This document shows, in pieces, positions 9,973-14,864 of a DNA stretch of 14,864 nt. Under the pieces are notes generated by a model. The model was given only the letters and a program-made list of their open reading frames with translations. It was not told the DNA's origin and did no database searches. The translations under genes were made by a program, and so were the position numbers. Within the stretch, counting starts at the first letter, position 1. Every line of letters starts with the position of its first letter. This DNA is from Octopus sinensis (taxonomy: Eukaryota), in contig NW_021825676.1 of the NCBI RefSeq assembly GCF_006345805.1, positions 1-14,864 of the forward strand, given 5' to 3'.

Positions 9973-10006
9973 AATATTTCTTTTGCAGTTCCTCTATTTC
10001 AGTGTC

Positions 10007-10073
10007 ATATCTTTTATCTGCTGTCTTTTACTTGTTCTTGTTATTTGACTGCGGCCATACTGGAGCACCACCT
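10007..10073 (-). mobile_element. 3' tail fragment of SINE family B
   Basis: TCTTTTACTTGTT..ATTTGACTGCGGCCATACTGGAGCACCACCTT matches 12638-12689. Confidence 0.75.
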
Positions 10074-10077
10074 TCTA

Positions 10078-11853
10078 TCTGTATAATAATGGAGAAAGCT
10101 GCTTATTAATTAGGTATATAACAGTTACTAAAAGAAAACAATTATCAAAGGCTTGACCATCTGGAAGTTTATGAAAGGCTTGACTGTCTGGAAATTTTTT
10201 CCTGCTATTTCGATTTCTGAAGTTTATTGATTATTTGAACAAGTTTTTCACAAATTTAAATATTCGTTGCAGATAGATTTTAATGTTTAATAAACAATAT
10301 TAATTCGTTGCAGTCGAAATTTTCCGTGTTCATTTGCAATAGTCTCTCACTCACTCTCGCCTCTATTTTCATTAATGATAATTTAATATATATTTATTTC
10401 AATGTTCTCATTTCAAGTTTTAATTCGCTATTTCAAAACCCACAGTTTATTCTATAGACGTAATGTAAAAATTTATTTATTAAATGAATGAATGAATACT
10501 ATTATAAAAAATTGCTGTATAACTTTGAAGCTTATGATATGAGGCACAATTTCAAGAATAATATCAATTTCCGGAGTTTGCTAAATGGATATTTTTGATA
10601 AAAATGAATATTTTTTAACATACCGGTATAATTTAAAAACAAAATAAAGAAGTGATTTTGTTGGTATGGCTGTTTAGAACGCTATAAGCCTTACAACAAT
10701 AACTATGTGATCGCTGCTATTTCTAGCACGCTAAAGATAGTCAGGTTACCCTGAAGTTTGTTACTACGATAAATTACCGAAAGAAATATTTACTGAGCAA
10801 ATGAGATTTTTTATACATTGAAGTTTTCAGGAAAATTTACTTTTTGAACTTCCTTTTATTTTTGAATATTTCAAGTTCAGAAATTTGAATATTCAGTACA
10901 AGATAGTTTTTAACGAGCTTTATTTATACGATTTTTTCATTTCATGCTTATTTCATTCGCTGTTTGCAATGTTCTCTCTCCCCTCTCTCTCCCTCTCACA
11001 CACACACTGTCTCTCTAATATAAACACACACACACGCCAGGTTTGATTTCGTTATTACACAATCTCACATTAGAATTTTGTAATTCAACATGGGGTGTCC
11101 AAAAATATATGCGACAGAAAAAGAACATTTAGCAGAAAAGGCACAACGGCAGAGAAAGACGGGCAACTGAATCAGATAAAACCAGGGCAAAGCAACTGAA
11201 ACAAATGTCTGAATATGCATGTAGGCGTAGAGATGATTCTGTTTCCGCTACACATGGCCGACTGGTTAGGGTATCTCGAGAGGAGAATATTCTACTTTAA
11301 AATAAGACACTGAGTCTGTGGTTGTTCAGCTGCCTATCGACAATCAGTATCAAATGGGAAACCTTCCAAACTTCAGTGAGATACAAACAGAATCACCAGT
11401 GCTAACAAACATGTTGCTGAGAGCAGAAACCGAATATATACAGCAGAAGTACAGACGAAAAAAATTTTCAAATTAGGAAGAATTCTGTTAAAGGATTAGC
11501 AATGGTAGCCAGTTTCGATAATTTTCAAGAATAAGCTGTCCTGTCTATTGTACAGTCACATAATGCAGGGATTCTCTTTGACAATGTTTGTTCATACTGC
11601 TGAATTGAAATCTCTAAGTTGCTATGAGGTAAAACTTGACAAACTGTTTCCCTTCTGTAGTTGGACTACCTTGATGTTTGTTAAAAAAAGTGAGACTATG
11701 ACTGATAAAATAATGAAAGCAATATTTACTAAACAAGTGAGCGCCAAGAAATAATTAGACGCAAAATATAAAAATTATTAGAATGGGAATCAAATGTAAA
11801 AATATCATCAAGTGGCTAGCAGAAAACCGTCCGGAGAGAGGTCATTCTGCTAG
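10078..11853 (+). mobile_element. Probable non-autonomous Helitron derivative (~1.8 kb)
   Basis: 5' end A|TCTGTATAATAAT. 3' end GC-richer segment ending TTCTGCTAG|T. No TSD seen. Internal decayed ORF resembles charged RepHel N-terminal repeats. Confidence 0.55.
11090..11300 (+). pseudogene. Decayed N-terminus of a Helitron RepHel-like protein (charged, STPR-like repeat)
   Basis: MGCPKIYATEKEHLAEKAQRQRK / frameshift / RRATESDKTRAKQLKQMSEYACRRR resembles the MGRPK...RRAxEsxExRxxRL pattern of Helitron N-termini. No Rep or helicase motifs remain. Confidence 0.45.
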
Positions 11854-12042
11854 TATATATATATAAAGTGTAAGGAAAGGCAAAAACAAGTGTAGACGTT
11901 ACTTTATTCCAAGTTGGTACATAGCCAATAAAAACTCGGCAAGTTGTTTCCAAGCCTAATTAATTCAAAACAAAACGAAATATAATCCTTATGAAATCAC
12001 AAATTAGGCTTTTCCTCAGGAATTCATTATTGGAATGCATGG

Positions 12043-12206
12043 GTTTAGCGGTATTTCGTTTGCCTTTACGTTCTGAGTTTACGTTCCGCCGAGGTTGACT
12101 TTTCCTTTTTTAGATCGATAAATTAAGTACCAGTTGCGTACTGGGGTTGATCTAATCGACTGGCCTCCTCCCACCAAAATTTCGGGTCTTGTGCCTAGAG
12201 TAGAAG
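12043..12206 (+). mobile_element. 5'-truncated SINE family A, tail-2
   Basis: TTAGCGGTATTTCGT...GATAAATTAAGTACCAGTTGCGTACTGGGG...CTTGTGCCTAGAGTAGAA. Confidence 0.88.
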
Positions 12207-12344
12207 TTTTATAATTGAAAATGTTTTTTGTACATATTTTGTACATATTTTGTACGTACGAGTATGCCAGACTATGGGCGAAATAAGATGGGTTTGCGGG
12301 CGCAATTGCGCCTGCAGCTGGAGTTTCCTCATCGCTGTTTTAGA

Positions 12345-12620
12345 GGAGGGAGATTAGTCGATCCTTTTATCTTATCAATCTCGAAAGGATGAAAGGCAAA
12401 GTTGACCTCGACGGTTTTAAGTCCTGAACGTAAAGAGTCGGAAGAAACGCCGTTACACATTTTGTCTGATTCTCTAACGATTTTCATTTCAAATTTTAGC
12501 ACAAGGCCAGCAATTTTGGGTATGGGGGCCTCATTGCAAAAGGATGAAAGGCAAAGTCGACCTCAGCGGAATTTGAACTCAGAGTATAAAAACGAAACGA
12601 AATGCCTTTAAGCATTTTGC
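12345..12620 (-). mobile_element. Two old, partly deleted SINE family A copies in tandem (~12345-12482 and ~12486-12620)
   Basis: AAGGATGAAAGGCAAAGT(T/C)GACCTC occurs twice. The second copy carries an older tail-2-like TTTCAAATTTTAGCACAAGGCCAGCAATTTTGGG. Confidence 0.75.
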
Positions 12621-12626
12621 TTGATA

Positions 12627-13029
12627 TACTCTTTTACTCTTTTACTTGTTTCAGTCATTTGACTGTGGCCATACTAGAGCGCCGCCTTTAGTCGAGCAAA
12701 TTCACCCCAGGACTTATTCTTTGTAAGCCTGATACTTATTCTATCGGTCTCTTTTGCCGAACCGCTAAGTTACGGGTACGTAAACACACCAGCATCGGTT
12801 ATCAAGCGATGTTGGGGGGTGGGACATACACAGACACACAAATATAGACACACACATATACATATATACGACGGGCTTCTTTCAGTTTCCGTCTACCAAA
12901 TCCACTCACAAAGCTTTGGTCGGCCCGAGGCTATAGTAGAAGACACTAGCCCATGATGCCACGCAGTGGGACTGAACTCGGAACCATGTGGTTCGTAAGC
13001 AAGCTACTTACCACATAGTCACTCCTACG

Positions 13030-13032
<3 letters not shown>
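12627..13032 (-). mobile_element. Full-length SINE family B (best-preserved copy)
   Basis: Minus strand: AGGCGTAGGAGTGACTATGTGGTAAG (A box), GAGTTCAGTCCC (B box), CORE-like TGGGCTAGTGTCTT, internal (TG/TA)n, tail ...GACTGAAACAAGTAAAAGAGTAAAAGAG. Abuts (TA)n at 13032-13062. Confidence 0.9.
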
Positions 13033-13069
<37 letters not shown>

Positions 13070-13147
13070 AATGAGGTAATCAGATCAGATGGTTCATATT
13101 TGTAGATATTTATTTATATATTACATTTTTTACATATATATCATATC

Positions 13148-13195
13148 ATTCGGATTAGCGCTTTCTCCCATTCTAGTGGGCTTTTCAAATCAAAT
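13148..13195 (-). ncRNA. Degenerate minimal type-I hammerhead ribozyme-like motif, possibly from a Penelope-like element pLTR
   Basis: Minus strand: AUUUGAU-UUGAAAA-GCCCA cuagaa UGGGA-GAAA-GCGC-UA-AUCCGAAU. Stem I (7 bp, one bulge), stem II and a palindromic AGCGCU stem III are in canonical order. Core reads U3-A8 instead of C3-G8, and G10.1 faces A. Confidence 0.45.
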
Positions 13196-13261
13196 CAGTT
13201 GTGGGGAGTTTGAACATTTTATAGTTTCGTAGTAGTGGGTGAGGAGGAAGTGAGACAGAGA

Positions 13262-13458
13262 AAACATGTGTGTATGTGTGTGTGTGTATATATGTGTGTG
13301 TGTGTGTGTGCGCGTTTATATCTGAGAGTGAAGAAGTGTTATTTCCGTTGGTCTGCTAGACCTATATATATATATATATATAATCATACACACGCACGTA
13401 CGCACGCACACACACATACACACACATACACACACATACACACACATACACACACACA
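13262..13458. repeat. (TG)n, (TA)n and (CA)n microsatellites
   Basis: Read directly from the sequence. Confidence 0.9.
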
Positions 13459-13473
13459 TCAGCAATATGTTAG

Positions 13474-13828
13474 CTACGTTCAATTCCCGCCACAGTCGAC
13501 TTTGACTTTCATCTGTTGTCGCTGCGAACTGGTGTTGATTTTAGTCGACTCACCTCTCTTTTTTTTTTTAACTTCTGGACTTGTGCCAGATTGAGACACG
13601 AAAAGCCAGGAATTATCCTGATCGTTAGAGCATCGGGGGGAAAGAAAGAACCTTGCAGCTTTTGTTTTGGCGCTTTACTTTCAGTGTTCAAATCCCTGCG
13701 AGATTAAATTTAACCTTTCATCCTTCCAGGATCGATAAAATCAAATCCTAGTCAAGTATTGGGTTCGATGGCATCGATTAACCCTCTCCGCCTAAAACTG
13801 CCGGCCTTCTGCCAAAATTTGAAACCAT
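13474..13828 (+). mobile_element. Two highly diverged SINE family A remnants with older tail-2-like ends
   Basis: GTTCAATTCCCGCCACAGTCGACTTTGACTTTCATC...GGACTTGTGCC, and GTTCAAATCCC...CCTTTCATCCTTCCAGGATCGATAAAAT...GGCCTTCTGCCAAAATTTGAAACC. Confidence 0.65.
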
Positions 13829-13836
13829 TATTATAT

Positions 13837-13900
13837 GCTGCGAGCTGGCAGATTCGTTAGCATTACCTGGCGAACCGGGCGAAATGCTTAGCGGCATTTT
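13837..13900 (+). mobile_element. Isolated SINE-A-type head
   Basis: GCTGCGAGCTGGCAGATTCGTTAGCA...CCGGGCGAAATGCTTAGCGGCATTT, then unrelated sequence. Confidence 0.7.
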
Positions 13901-13950
13901 GTTTCGTTCGACCGGTATACTAACGAACACAGGGGTTCTTTCTCTTGGTA

Positions 13951-14182
13951 AGGCGGCGAGCTGGCAGAATTGTTAGCACATCGGGCGAAATGCTTAGCGG
14001 TATTTCGTCTGCCGCTACTTTCTGAGTTCAAATTCCGCCGAGATGGACTTTGCCTTTCATCCTTTCGGGGTCGATTAAATAAGTACCAGTTACGCACTGG
14101 GGTCGATATAACCGACTTAATCTGTTTATCTGTCCTTGTTTGTCCTCTCTGTGTTTAGCCCCTTGTGGGTAGAAAAGAAATA
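13951..14182 (+). mobile_element. Full-length SINE family A, tail-1, with 37-bp flanking direct repeat
   Basis: AGGCGGCGAGCTGGCAG...GCCCCTTGTGGGTAGAAAAGAAATA. Flanks 13914-13950 and 14183-14219 are identical at 36/37. Confidence 0.93.
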
Positions 14183-14277
14183 GGTATACTAACGAACACA
14201 GGGGTTCTTTCTCTCGGTACCTTTTCTCGAGGACGTTACCTCCTCCTCGACCTTCTCCCTATCTCCCTCCAATATAT

Positions 14278-14436
14278 AACAGGCTTCATTCAGTTTCCAT
14301 CTATCAAATCTACTCAAAAGGCTTTGGTCGGCCCGAGGCTATAATAGAAGACACTTGCCCAAGGTGTCACACAGTGGGATTGATCCCGCAACCATGTGGT
14401 TTGTAAACAAAGCTTCTTACCACTCAGCCACACCTG
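14278..14436 (-). mobile_element. 5' half (tRNA head plus CORE-like region) of SINE family B
   Basis: CAGTTTCC..GCTTTGGTCGGCCCGAGGCTATA.TAGAAGACACTTGCCCAAGGTG..CAGTGGGA matches 12870-13025. Confidence 0.88.
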
Positions 14437-14708
14437 TATACACACATACACATACTCACAAACATACACACAGACACACAGAGACACATACACGCATATA
14501 CATACATATATACACGTACGCTTACATTTGTATACACACAGTTATATATAAAGATTATAAATAATTTGTCTGTGAGTATATGATGTCACTCTTTCCTCCT
14601 CTCTCACTACACACACACACACACCACTCACACACATACATACATACATTCATACATACATACATACATACATACATACATACATGCAGACATACATACA
14701 TACATACA

Positions 14709-14743
<35 letters not shown>

Positions 14744-14815
14744 GGATATATATAAATGTATATGTATATATATTTATGTACATGTGTGTATATATATCTG
14801 TGTGCGTGTGTGTCT
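14437..14815. repeat. (CA)n, (TACA)n and (TA/TG)n microsatellites with a short unique spacer
   Basis: Read directly; near-perfect (TACA)n at ~14636-14737. Confidence 0.9.
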
Positions 14816-14864
14816 ACCTACGTCCCTACCCGCTACCCAACGCACATCTCTGCTTATACATATA

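Noticed and set aside
12226-12258. TTTTGTACATA repeated about three times
   Set aside because: Ordinary local slippage duplication.

Overview
AT-rich, repeat-dense eukaryotic non-coding DNA. The repeat families suggest an octopus/cephalopod genome (inference from memory, not a database hit). No intact host gene is supported, and almost all ORFs in the track are microsatellite or SINE read-through. The window holds: (i) many copies of a tRNA-headed SINE (family A) with interchangeable 3' tails, several as multimers or nested insertions with clear TSDs of 15, 17 and 37 bp; (ii) two CORE-type SINE families (B, C); (iii) a 5'-truncated L1/Tx1-clade LINE with a 19-bp TSD and no poly(A), whose last ~39 nt match one tail of SINE A (a candidate LINE-SINE partner pair); (iv) an R4/Dong-like LINE fragment; (v) an internally deleted mariner; (vi) a probable non-autonomous Helitron; (vii) a degenerate minimal hammerhead-ribozyme-like motif with a U3-A8 core covariation; (viii) very long (TACA)n, (TA)n and polypyrimidine tracts.
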